This document shows positions 22,776 to 33,584 of a stretch of DNA of 35,451 bases, in pieces. The notes below the pieces were generated by a model that saw only the letters and a list, made by a program, of their open reading frames with translations, was not told the origin of the DNA and searched no databases. Position 1 is the stretch's first letter. Each line of letters opens with the position of its first letter. Source of the DNA: Enoplolaimus lenunculus (taxonomy: Eukaryota); assembly GCA_030248215.1 (NCBI GenBank), contig JASANG010004131.1, positions 496,001 to 531,451 of the forward strand. The letters run 5' to 3'. The position numbers and the translations under genes were made by a program.

Positions 22776-23041
22776 CCCTTTCTCACATGAATATTTTCTA
22801 TTTTGTTTGAGACATACTTTTACGCTTGGATTCGAACTCCAGTGACTGGAGTGGGAGGCGTATACCATCACCCCTCAGCTAAAGGAGCTTGACGCTCGAG
22901 CCCGAGGGGGCTCTCACGTCTTGTGGTGATTTAGTACTATGGATACGTGTTGCAATTGTTCAACACGGTTGCGATATATATTATTTAACGTATATACACT
23001 GCGCTGAGTTGCCTATAGGCAACTCAATGTGTGAGAAGGGG
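22776..23041. mobile_element. piggyBac-like MITE
   Basis: TTAA-ccctttctcaca...tgtgagaagggg-TTAA. Confidence 0.78.
22822..22888 (-). pseudogene. tRNA-derived (SINE-head-like) segment with Pol III A and B boxes; not a foldable tRNA
   Basis: Minus strand gctcctttagctgaggggtg...cgcctcccac...ggagttcgaatcc; acceptor stem does not pair. Confidence 0.6.
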
Positions 23042-23650
23042 TTAACCTCGCTACTAGTTCGAAAACACCTCTATTATCTTGGGTATAGTGGCATTCGACT
23101 ACGACGTAATTTTACTGCTGCTTAAAATGTTAATATAGTTTGAAACTATGAAATTCTAATTATAAAAAATTCAAAACAGAAACGCAACAGCCAAAAACAA
23201 TGATTGGTACACAGTGTATTTTGGGAACAAAATATCTGTCGAATTGGACGTCGTCTGTCGATAGTTGCGTTTTGTATATTTACGGCATTTTCAATACAAT
23301 TTCACATTGTTTACTTTTGTACCAGGTTCACATAAGCACAATTATGGCAATATTCAACGGCGGTATATCTGTTTTGTAACACATTACCAATTTAAATTTA
23401 CCCCCAAAATATTTGAAAAAATAGTGCACTGTTCAGTCAGCATATTTTAGATCCGAATCACGGAAAAATGTAGCTATATATTTCAGAAATCAGTCCACAA
23501 GTAGCTTGTGGCAAGAATAAATTTCAGACTGAGAACGCCCGCATTAATCGATTTGAAACTTTTGATTTCAGCAGTAGGTATCTGACACAAGTAAAACATT
23601 ATAATTGTCTATTTGCGTATACAAGAAGAAGTAGGGCCCGTTTGGAATTT

Positions 23651-23857
23651 GGCCCATGTAAAGATCAGGGGCGGAACGTTTTTCTGTGGGACTAGAATAG
23701 AGTAAGCTTAAGCTTTAGACTATTCTTTTTGCTTGGCTTAGGCTAGGCTTACGTTTAGGCTTAGGAATAAACTCATTCTTGCGCTTAGGCTTAGGCTTAG
23801 GCTTAGACTTAGGAAAATGCTTATAATACTGTTTTGCCCCTGTTCTTTACATTGGCC
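23651..23857 (+). mobile_element. Merlin-like TTAGGC MITE, subfamily 1
   Basis: ggcccatgtaaagatcaggggc / gcccctgttctttacattggcc; degenerate TSD tggaattt/cgaaattt; internal TTAGGC tracts. Confidence 0.82.
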
Positions 23858-24030
23858 CGAAATTTCTACAAAAACAAGAAAAGCTTTGGAATAACCTTCC
23901 GGATCATCCAAAATCAAATTTTGGCTCGATACGCTCGCAAGCAAAAAATTATTTACATGATACAGTATTACATCAGGGAAGCAATAGCAGATCCAAAAAC
24001 ACGAGAACGAAGTGTTGGTTTCGAAAATCA

Positions 24031-24653
24031 GACAGAGTCACACCCTTCCGCTTCTTCCTGCTCCCTTAGATTATTAAAAACAGAGTCCCACCCTTCCGCT
24101 TCTTGTTGCTCCCTTAGATTATTAAAGACAGAGTCCCACCCTTCCGCTTCTTCCTGCTCCCTTAGATTATTAAAGACAGAGTCCCACCCTTCCGCTTCTT
24201 CCTGCTCCCTTAGATTATTAAAGACAGAGTCCCACCCTTCCGCTTCTTCCTGCTCCCTTAGATTATTAAAGACAGAGTCCCACCCTTCCGCTTCTTCCTG
24301 CTCCCTTAGATTATTAAAGACAGAGTCCCACCCTTCCGCTTCTTCCTGCTCCCTTAGATTATTAAAGACAGAGTCCCACCCTTCCGCTTCTTCCTGCTCC
24401 CTTAGATTATTAAAGACAGAGTCCCACCCTTCCGCTTCTTCCTGCTCCCTTAGATTATTAAAGACAGAGTCCCACCCTTCCGCTTCTTCCTGCTCCCTTA
24501 GATTATTAAAGACAGAGTCCCACCCTTCCGCTTCTTCCTGCTCCCTTAGATTATTAAAGACAGAGTCCCACCCTTCCGCTTCTTCCTGCTCCCTTAGATT
24601 ATTAAAGACAGAGTCCCACCCTTCCGCTTCTTCCTGCTCTCTTAGATTATTAA
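24031..24653. repeat. Minisatellite, 13 x 48 bp, near-identical units
   Basis: Unit gacagagtcccacccttccgcttcttcctgctcccttagattattaaa; variants only in the terminal units. Confidence 0.97.
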
Positions 24654-25097
24654 TGCTGTCCGGAAATGAAATCTTAACCAAATTCGTGTTGATACCGAAT
24701 GGCAAATACATAAACATTTTCATACAATGCAATTTTTAATATTAATAGCCTTTAAGCACCAACTCAAAATTTTATCATTATAATGGATAATCTGTGACAG
24801 ATTAATACTTCCGTACTCGGTGTAGATTTTCACATTTTTACGCAAACGAAAAAAACTGTTTTCAGCAGTACTAAAACTTCAACAAGTGTTTAAAATAATA
24901 AGTTTCAGGGGCGGACATATGCCGAAAATAAATCACACGCGATAGATATATTAAGCGGCGTCGAAAGCGTAGCTTAATTATTACGATATTCGAAATTGAT
25001 ATTCATCCACTTGGTCCAATGATTGGTGTCTGCCTTCATTGCCCAATCAATATTTTATCAACACCATGAAAGGTGTACATACCAAGTTTTATTCTTG

Positions 25098-25273
25098 GGC
25101 CATTATTAATGCTTTACGGGGCGGCCAGGTTTCACGTGGGTCTATGAAAGAGTGGGTTTAGATTCTAGATTACATTTTTTTGCTTAGGCTTAGGCTTAGG
25201 AACACATTTTTGCAACACTTAGGCTTAGGAATCCGCTTAATCTACTGTTACGCCTTTAAAAGTAACATTGGCC
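25098..25273 (+). mobile_element. Merlin-like TTAGGC MITE, subfamily 2
   Basis: ggcc...ggcc ends; perfect 8-bp TSD tattcttg at 25090-25097 and 25274-25281; internal TTAGGC. Confidence 0.85.
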
Positions 25274-25521
25274 TATTCTTGTATGCATGCCTGTCGGAAG
25301 CGAGATACAGTTTGAGTAGCGCATACAGGTATTTGTATAGATCATTAATTAAAGTTACAACTACGAGGCAGCGGTTTAGCCATGATTTCATTGCGGGGGC
25401 TGTATAACCTCAAGTAAAAGATATTTTGTCATTTTTAGATTTAGACATTCATTTTAAAACGTGTAATCTGTGTATCTTTGTAATCTTTTCAGAAAATCAC
25501 CCACTTATATACGCCCTAGCT

Positions 25522-25771
25522 CAATGGCGGATCCATGGGGAGGCCACCCCGGCCGTGCCCCACCCACAGCATCTCGACAAAAATTATATAGTGTCAATTG
25601 CTGTTCTACGCTGTTTATTTCTTTGTTTTATACATAATAGCGTAAGCAGCTTATAATAAGCTCCCTCTTGTTTATTCTCCCCTCTTATTTGGGACACTAC
25701 AGTATGGGTCAAAAATAAGTTTACCTGTGAAATTTTGACCCCCCCGTTTTGATATTCTGGATCCGCCACTG
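25522..25771 (-). mobile_element. hAT-like MITE family B, copy 2
   Basis: caatggcggatcca / tggatccgccactg; TSD ccctagct/ccccagct; shares aaataagttta.ct.tg.aatttt with the reverse complement of the 10598 copy. Confidence 0.85.
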
Positions 25772-26276
25772 CCCCAGCTTAAGAGTTATAATTTTAGTAC
25801 CACGATGACGGAAAATTGTATTGAATTCACCCTGTGGGGTGATATTGATGTGTTAAGCTGTAAAAGAGATAAAAATTTAATTGACTTATTTGTAAAGATG
25901 AAACGAGCAAATACTGAACTTGCGACTGTCTATCGAAGATGGATTACGTATTCAAACGTAATTTTGTCTTCTGAAAAGGGAGGGCGGCCGCCTTTGCCCC
26001 CCTTGGCTTGGATGAATTTATTGCAAAATCTAATAATATAATGTTATTAAGTTTAAGAACGTCAATAAAATTCAATTTCTGGTTACAAAATTTAAAAGTG
26101 GACAATGCTTTTGACCTCATCAAATGACCTTTTATCCGAATCATACGGATAGCTGAACTGAGGAAACCCTGGTTTACTGCTAATGTATTTAAAGCAAATT
26201 GCTGAAAGAAACTGCGCCTTACCGAGACACCAACAAGACGGAAGAGGTTGGTATTTATTTCGCTTCTGCACACGGA

Positions 26277-26413
26277 CGGGCCCGTAGCCCCCTGGCACAA
26301 TTTGCCCCCCCCCCAGAAAGTTTACAACTTTGCTTGTAATTCATTGAAAACCATTGAATACCCCTGCTGAAAGTTTTTAGTCCCCCTAGCAAGGTGAGCA
26401 GGCTACCGACCTG
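26277..26413 (-). mobile_element. hAT-like MITE family A, copy 4 (reverse orientation)
   Basis: cgggcccgtagcc...ggctaccgacctg; TSD cacacgga/cacatgga. Confidence 0.8.
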
Positions 26414-26903
26414 CACATGGAACGCCCGCCACGATATTGAGCAGCGGCCTATTATAAATTTTTCAGTCAACCTCCAGTTGTTTGGACAACGCACCTTTCA
26501 ATATATACCAGCCAGTTTTTATGGTTTAATTTGGTTACTTTTCGAATCAACTTTTAATTTTTGAGAATGCTGCTATGAATATTAGCAGAGTTATTGTGTA
26601 TTCACAAAAGAAATGCAGCGCCTGAACTTTATTTGGTTCATGAAAGCACTTCGTATTCTATTCAAAGTATTAAGTGAGGTTTATGGTCTAATAAGAAACT
26701 AGACACGCGAACCAATTTTGCGGTCTCTAATTAGGGAAATAGACTCCTATTGATTCATCCTCACGTTTTTATTCGCGTCACTATAGCAACAGCTGTTGTG
26801 CGACCTGGTGGAAACGTGTTATAGAACCTGCCAAGCGGGTATTTCTGAATCAGTAAAACTAATATATACGTACTTTAACAATTTTACTCATGCTTCGACA
26901 AGC

Positions 26904-27093
26904 GACCAATGTAAAGAACAGGGGCGTAACAGAATTATAATCATATTCCTAAGCCTAAGCCTAAGCCTAGGCCTAAGCCTAAGCTTAGGCCTAAGCCTAA
27001 GCCTAAGCCAAGCAAAAAAAGTAGTCTACAGCGTAAGCTTACTCTATTGCAGTCCGACAGAAAAACGTTCCGCCCCTGACCTATACATGGGCC
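26904..27093 (-). mobile_element. Merlin-like TTAGGC MITE, subfamily 1
   Basis: gaccaatgtaaagaacaggggcg / cgcccctgacctatacatgggcc; about 10 GCCTAA-type units; flanks gacaagc/gacaaagc. Confidence 0.85.
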
Positions 27094-27745
27094 GACAAAG
27101 CTAAGTACCTATCTATATCCGTTCATATCTTCAATGCCGGTCAGGCCCTAAATACAGTGTGCTTGCCAAATTTATATAAACTGAAGAAACCCGTTGGCTC
27201 TTGTACGCGTCGCCGACATTTTGAGTCAATGCTTTATACAACGCGAAAGGTTATCCCTAGGCACAGGCTTAGGCAAGCGTTTTCCTAAGCCAAAACCAAA
27301 GGAGAAATGGTACATCAGCCAAACTAATATCGAGCCAGTCTTTATTATTTTATGACGCGCCTCCGTAAACAAACTTCAAAAAATAAAATGAAATCCTGAA
27401 GGAGTCAACTGAGAATACTTATAAATCATCATTGAAACTAAATTTCACACAACTGGGATCGCTGAAAACCATTGTGTCTCGTTTAAAAGACAACGAGTAA
27501 TAAAAGCTAAGCTATAAATTAGTTCAATACAATTAAAATCCATATGCTGTCTTAAATATTAGCTTCTAGCAGCGAAATGTGATACTGCGGTTTGTCAGAT
27601 GGACCAAATTATTAAAATGTCTCAGACGAATATGAGAAGTGTAGTAAAATTAAAAGTGTCTAAATAATATATACGCTGAATTTGAGGATTTTATAAAATT
27701 GAGTATTTTAAGTATTGATTCGCTTGAAAATCAGACACCGATTTG

Positions 27746-27902
27746 GGCCAATGTTACTTTAAGGGGCATAACAGTAAATTAAGCGTATTCCTAAAGCCTA
27801 AGCCTAAGCCTAAGCCTAAGCAAAAATGTAATCTCGAATCTAAACCTACTCTTTTATGGACCCACCACAAACCTGGACGACTCTTATAAAGTAATATGGG
27901 CC
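27746..27902 (-). mobile_element. Merlin-like TTAGGC MITE, subfamily 2
   Basis: ggccaatgttacttta / taaagtaatatgggcc; reverse-complement homolog of the 25098 copy; TSD not evident. Confidence 0.8.
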
Positions 27903-28067
27903 TTGTATCGCTTTTATTGAGCGAAATTTAAAGCTCAAGACCGAGGGTTGATATACTGATCTTTACATGAGCCAATTTAGTAAGATACTCGAATATTTTT
28001 CATATCCAAATATATCTGGTATCCAACTAAAATAGTTAATTCAGCCAAACTAAAAATACAGCCTTAC

Positions 28068-28231
28068 CTCAAGAAATAATTCTTGTCGCGAAAAGTTTTC
28101 ATAACTACGACCGGCGTGTAAGACATTTTTCTCGTCAATGATTCGTTGTCGAAGATTGACTAACTTTTTACGCAAATCTTGTTCTTCGTCGCGAAGTTCT
28201 GTGATTTTTAATGCCAAATCTGATGGTGCAT
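28068..28231 (-). CDS. dys-1: Dystrophin exon (164 bp, phase 1-0): DAPSDLALKITELRDEEQDLRKKLVNLRQRIIDEKNVLHAGRSYENFSRQELFLE
   Basis: Acceptor gttttag|AT, donor GAG|gtaagg; C-terminus resembles the end of human DMD exon 42 (KDFEDLFKQEESLK, from memory). Confidence 0.85.
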
Positions 28232-28615
28232 CTAAAACAGTGAAAATAATTACTCGAAACCCCAGTGAGATTGTGTTTGTTTGAAAGCTGATTGATTTGG
28301 TTTCTCGTTTTGTCGCAAGGATTATTAGGCTTGAGATTCGGAATATTTCCAATGATTTTAACGCCAAGACTAATGACGTATCTAAAAAGTAAACAATTAT
28401 TATTTACCTCAAGCGAGTGAAGATTCGCTTGAATCCTGATTGGTTTGTTTCATCGTTCAGGCTTAGGTTTCGACTTATAGCGAGTATATTAACGACGGTA
28501 ATTTTTTACCCGGCTCGCGTTTGGCCGCAGGTAAACCGAATCAGCGACAGATTTGTGACGCCTGCTAAACGCAGGTCTCGTCTCAGTTTTCCTACCAAGA
28601 GTTGGCTTTCTATAC

Positions 28616-28759
28616 CTGTTACGCTAAGTGGATCAGCCGCTGGGTGTAACTCGTCATGAATCGATGCGACAATTGCTGTTTCTTCGACTGGAGCTAGCAC
28701 GATACTGAATTTGGTTTCCACGTCTTTCCATATGCCTTCTAAGCGTGCTAGTGTCGGAT
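28616..28759 (-). CDS. dys-1: Dystrophin exon (144 bp, phase 1-1): DPTLARLEGIWKDVETKFSIVLAPVEETAIVASIHDELHPAADPLSVT
   Basis: Acceptor atttcag|AT, donor CAG|gtatag; spectrin helix-C-like L..L...W..V pattern. Confidence 0.75.
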
Positions 28760-29369
28760 CTGAAATAGTAGATTGGAAAACTTTAAAGCTTTTTACTTGA
28801 CGAACCCGACATAATACGGCGATTATATATCGTGAATAGATTATAACGTTTTGAAAATATATAACTGAATTAGGCTTAATAAGTTTACGTGTAAAACTCA
28901 TGGACAATTCTAAACTTTACAGATATTCGGGGAAATTTGTTTGACTTTTAGTCATTGTTTAAAAACTGTCCGACTGTGTAGCCAAAAGTGCTCAGCAGCC
29001 TTGGGAATATGGGTCTCTTTAAATGTTTTGGTATCCTTGGTTCACTTTTACAAAACTCTGCATTCCTATCGGCAAATTGGTGACCTGCTCAACTGGGCTG
29101 AGAGCAATATAGTTGTCAGTCTAGATATGAACCAGGACGGATCTTTTCGGTTATTTCGCCGCCATAAGCCGGCGTTAAAAACGAATTTTTTACAAATTCA
29201 AATTTGGGTATGGAATGATCAGTGGAGGTCGTGCGGAGCCCAATAATATACAAAAAAATTTCAAAATCTACCCATTTTTCGGAAAATCTCAGCTGGAGAG
29301 ATAACTGAAAAAACCCCACTAGGACTTCATACCCTTTCATTAAGCAGTTGAAAAACCAGTCATACAGGG

Positions 29370-29430
29370 CTCACTCAAACTAGCGACTTTGTATTCCAAG
29401 CCAAGCTCTCTGCCACTGCACCACGCAGCC
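29370..29430 (-). mobile_element. Degenerate tRNA-derived SINE head
   Basis: Minus strand ggctgcgtggtgcagtggcagagagc...gctagtttgagt: good A box, decayed B box. Confidence 0.4.
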
Positions 29431-29580
29431 CACGTCTCCAACTGCTTTTCTCGTCGAATATATATCGACATGTACGCTGCTGACTAGCATAAAACACAAT
29501 GTACATTGCATATATTGCATAAGCACCAGAGAAAGTATGTTTCACATGCTTACAACAGTCGTCCTATGTACGTAACGCAC

Positions 29581-29701
29581 CTTTCGGCAACAATTCTTGC
29601 CGGCCGTACGGTTTTGACAGCAACACTTTTTGCAGATCAAAAGATCGCGCCTTGAGTGCAATGAAATCGTTGCGTTTGATGTCAAATTCCGCTTTTTGAG
29701 C
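29581..29701 (-). CDS. dys-1: Dystrophin exon (121 bp, phase 0-1): AQKAEFDIKRNDFIALKARSFDLQKVLLSKPYGRQELLPK
   Basis: Acceptor ttttag|GCT, donor AAG|gtgcgt; open frame, phase-compatible on both sides. Confidence 0.8.
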
Positions 29702-30069
29702 CTAAAATGCAAAACAAACTTGATGAATAGATGCATTTCAATTTAAACAGCGAAAAAAGTGTTATTCGCTCACTACTTTCGGATTCCCTACATCTAGAAC
29801 TTATTAGATTGGTGCTTGCTAGCCAAGTGTGAACTAAACTTAAACGGAAACTAGATGTTTTGCGAGTAGCTTATTTATTACTAACGTATACGACCATATT
29901 ATGAATGGGATCCGACGTTTCGGCGTAAATTCAGAAGTGGCTTCGAACATTAAGCGAAAACTTAAGCCAATACCCACAGAGGTAAGCGCAAAGCTATCGC
30001 GAAAACCTGCAAGCTTGTGGTTTTGACAGGGGAATATTTATATTTTGAAATTAAATCTCGCTTGCTCAC

Positions 30070-30222
30070 CTCAATAAGCGGACGATTCGAACTGTAATCG
30101 TGCAAAATATTATTCGACTGATTCAAAAATCCGATCAAAATTTCCGCATCTCGTTTGAGCAGATCATGATCAGCGACAATTGGGATTAACCGACGGCGTT
30201 CAGAGTCGACAGCGTATTCCAT
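30070..30222 (-). CDS. dys-1: Dystrophin-like gene, first exon in window (153 bp, phase 0-0): MEYAVDSERRRLIPIVADHDLLKRDAEILIGFLNQSNNILHDYSSNRPLIE
   Basis: Acceptor atttcag|ATG, donor GAG|gtgagc; joins in frame to the next exon. The ATG is probably internal, with upstream exons beyond the window. Confidence 0.8.
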
Positions 30223-30489
30223 CTGAAATCAAAATATTAAAAATAGCAAAAATTAAATAAAAAAATGTTTGTTTTACTAATGTTTTCTAACCGACGGCGT
30301 TCAGAGTCGACAGCGTATTCCATCTGAAATCAAAATATTAAAAATAGCAAAAATTAAATAAAAAAATGCTTGTTTTACTAATGTTTTCTAACCGACGGCG
30401 TTCAGAGTCGACAGCGTATTCCATCTGAAATCAAAATATTAAAAATAGCAAAAATTAAATAAAAAAAAGTTTGTTTTACTAATGTTTTC
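30187..30489. repeat. 3 x 101-bp tandem repeat spanning an intron-exon junction
   Basis: Units start at 30187, 30288 and 30389 and differ by only 1-2 substitutions. Confidence 0.95.
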
Positions 30490-30977
30490 TGAACGCTCGT
30501 AGACACGCCTGTTTATAAATACGTAGAAACGAAAATAGTAGAAATCAGTTGAAAACGTCTGCTCACAAGTGTACCCTGTTGTAAAGAAGTGACTGCCCTG
30601 TCATCTTGCTCTTTTTGAATCCAGTTTTATTGGCCCGGTTACTGCCGAAAATAGAGCAAGAAGGGCATATTCAGCAATCTGCGTACTGTATGCAGCGGGG
30701 ACAGGATTTTCAGCATCGCAAGTTTGCGATCCTGCATTTTACTGATTCCCAAGCACTTTGAATGGTAATTGAATTCGGATTAATTTGAGGTACCAGAGTT
30801 TTTGTACCCCTGTTCCTAATATATACTCTCTATTTACGACCCACATTGGGGCGGGTCAAACACACACAGCTGTGTGTGTTTCTTTTTGTCTTGCTTTGTT
30901 GGTTTCCTGTTGTCTGGTCTTTAACTCTATGTAGCTGCTTTGCAGCTTTCTGCAGCTGGCTTCTCAAACTAGTATAC

Positions 30978-31115
30978 AATTTGCATAAATTTATTACTTT
31001 TCGAAAAATTATCGAAATTTATGCAAATTTCGAATTTTAGTATGCAAATTAACCTTCAATTAGCCACAATTATCGGCTATAAAAGCGCTCAAACCGCAGT
31101 TCAAGGAGCGCAGTT
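30978..31115 (+). promoter_or_regulatory. Putative LTR U3 promoter: three octamer motifs, TATA box (31078-31084) and Inr-like gcagtt; duplicated about 3005 bp downstream
   Basis: ATTTGCAT 30979, ATGCAAAT 31021 and 31042, TATAAAA 31078; AATAAA at 31260-31265. Confidence 0.6.
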
Positions 31116-33571
31116 GTCGAATTTTGTCGGAAAACGTTGCTGGTAACAAACGTTCTGCGCTTGATTCAACTATGTTATTTCTGATGTTTTTATGGCTTTT
31201 GTTATTTGTTAATTTTTTTAAGGTCCACAGGTATGTGGACCTGTTTCTTTCTAATTATTAATAAAATGGTTACTATTTACTATCTATTATGTGTAATAAG
31301 CGATTAAGCGATCACTTCTCGCAGCAGTCGGAGGTGTATACAACATCCCGAGACCGCATGACCGCGAGCATCTTAGTGTACGGTGGGCGGCAGTCTATCC
31401 GTTAGGGGCTCAGGCCCGAGAAACGAAAAGTTTCACACGAACCACGCGCATGAAGGTAAATTGTTTACATTTTGTGCGTTTTATACTAATAACTTGTCAG
31501 GCCTGACTCTTTTTGCTAAAATCCGTCTAGTTTTCGGGATTAGTAATGCTTAGGCAGTGCGCAGGCCTAGGCAATCCACCCGCATGGTGGGGTCTAAGCC
31601 TAATCGTTTACATAGTATTTATTATACACACACGGGATTCTTAGCCGTTCAATTTCGCTCTGTCCCGGGACGTCCGCCCCTTTCCTCCCTCTTTGTACAT
31701 ATCACGCTTGAACCTACCCGTATTTTTCTCGGTTCTTTGAGTGCTTATGCTAGTCACGCGCGCGCTGAGCTTAGGCTGAGTTTGAGTTGCCTGAGTTCTT
31801 AATTTCTGTAACTTGGGTGCTAGTTGGATTATTGCACCTAAGAAGTTTTATCGGTTTTTGGCTAAGAACTAACTATAGCCGAATTAAGTCTATTACGAAG
31901 TTTTATACAATCGGTGGATATTTCTAGTTCTTTTCGGTTTAAATTCGTGACGCGCGATCAGAATTTGGTTATTCGTAAATTTGCGTCGCGTATAGAATTT
32001 GGATATCAGTGTCGCGGTGATAATCTTTGCGCGAAACTTAATTATTCGGAAATTTGCGGCGCTCATAAATCGCCGTTATTCGCGCCGCCCTAATTTTTAT
32101 CCGATTGTCACCCGGTAGAGTGACAGCGTGTACTTTCTAGTCAGATTCGCTGGCGGGATCTTACAGTGAACTTGTGTCGGTTTGCGCTTATTTTTCGGCG
32201 ATCGGTTTCTTGCAAGGACGCTTATGCCTAGGGTATTCAGCTGGATTTCCTTGCTTTGGCGTGATGCTTTTAGGCTAAGTGGAGTTACCGTTCTCCGAAA
32301 GTGGGTGCATTCCGACTTGGTTGTGCTGGGGGTGATTGCCATTTTTGCGGATCCCCGTGATTCCCTGTGTTGGTGACTTTGGGACGAACCTACCCCAGTC
32401 GCGGGCCTAGCGTAGCGCAACGCATTCGATTATTTTCCATCCATAAGCAGAAAGTTGCCGAGGGTAGGCGGCGCTGTTTTTACTTTCTGACTTATATGGG
32501 GGCTACTCCAGCTTTCATATAAGGTCGCCATACACAGGGGTCGCATGACCCAATCCCTTAAATATTTTACTTATTCCCCTTGTATATAGTTAAGTTAATC
32601 GCCCCCTAATTGTTTGCGTTATCTAATTTAGTAATGTTTTAGATTTTACAGACTAACTAGTTGACATGTGCGATCGCCCGTCTATATTTAGTCGCCCTAT
32701 TTATATCGACTAATACGGTTTGCACGGTAGTGCAAACCTATTGGCAGTTACACTTCTGATCGCGATATCCACATCCGGAGAAAACAACCGTAAGACACAA
32801 GCATACACTAGTCTCCAGAAAAGTAAGTATTGTCTTTTTGGCATTTTAATTGTTGTCTGAATGTGGTACGGTCTGAAATCTAGTCACATGATGTTTTAAC
32901 AATTTTTCGGTTGCTTTAAATTTTTCTACAACACTATAGATCTCAGCCGAAAACACCGCAATTCTAGCTATGTTCTGGTCTCACAAATCATCTCATTAAT
33001 AGTTCAGTAAATTCAGTTAAGCAGTAGCAATAGCAGAATGTTGTTCATTTGTATTTATTTCTAAACAATTGTAACTTTAGGTTTCCTTCCAGTCATATGG
33101 TCACCGACAGCAGTCGTGTGACACTTCAAGCGATAATGCTGTTTAAGTGTGATGTTATTGATTCCTGTTAGCTGGATCTCAAGAAACGGTTAAAAAAAAT
33201 CGGCGATGAATTTTCAATGGCATTCCAGAGAAATAATGATGATTATTATTATTGTTAAGCATCACATTTATATATTTATTCGTTCATAGATCATTGTAAT
33301 GCTTTTTGCAGAGCGTGGCGTGCTTTATGTGAAAATTTTTCTACAGAATTTTTTTCGATATTAGCTCGCATCAAAGTTTTAGCAACTTATATTTCAAACA
33401 ACTAATTTTCGGTTTTCTGACCTATGGGTACCTGACTTCTGCAATTGCACACGGATCCACTGTAGTCTTTTCACCGCAAGTTGTCAGTTGCAGTCGCTTC
33501 TTTGGAATCCTTTTTTCTTTTATATTATTCTGTCGTTGCAGAACGCAAGTCCCGATGTGGGCATCGGGCTT

Positions 33572-33584
33572 AAAGAAAGGAGGG
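33572..33584 (+). other. Polypurine tract (plus-strand primer site)
   Basis: aaagaaaggaggg immediately 5' of the TG of the second LTR copy, absent before the first. Confidence 0.82.

Noticed and set aside
23834..24739. 301-aa and 234-aa ORFs; CRISPR-like appearance
   Set aside because: Both ORFs arise from the 48-bp tandem unit. There are no unique spacers and no cas genes, and the context is a eukaryotic intron.
28232..28381. In-frame upstream acceptor extending the 164-bp exon by 150 nt
   Set aside because: The added peptide looks like translated intron and the 28231 acceptor is good; no positive support.
32097..32420. ORFs within the large LTRs (also 30846, 31557, 32182 and their copies)
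   Set aside because: No Gag/Pol/Env motifs; most are frameshifted or truncated between the two LTR copies, and many start at TTG/GTG.
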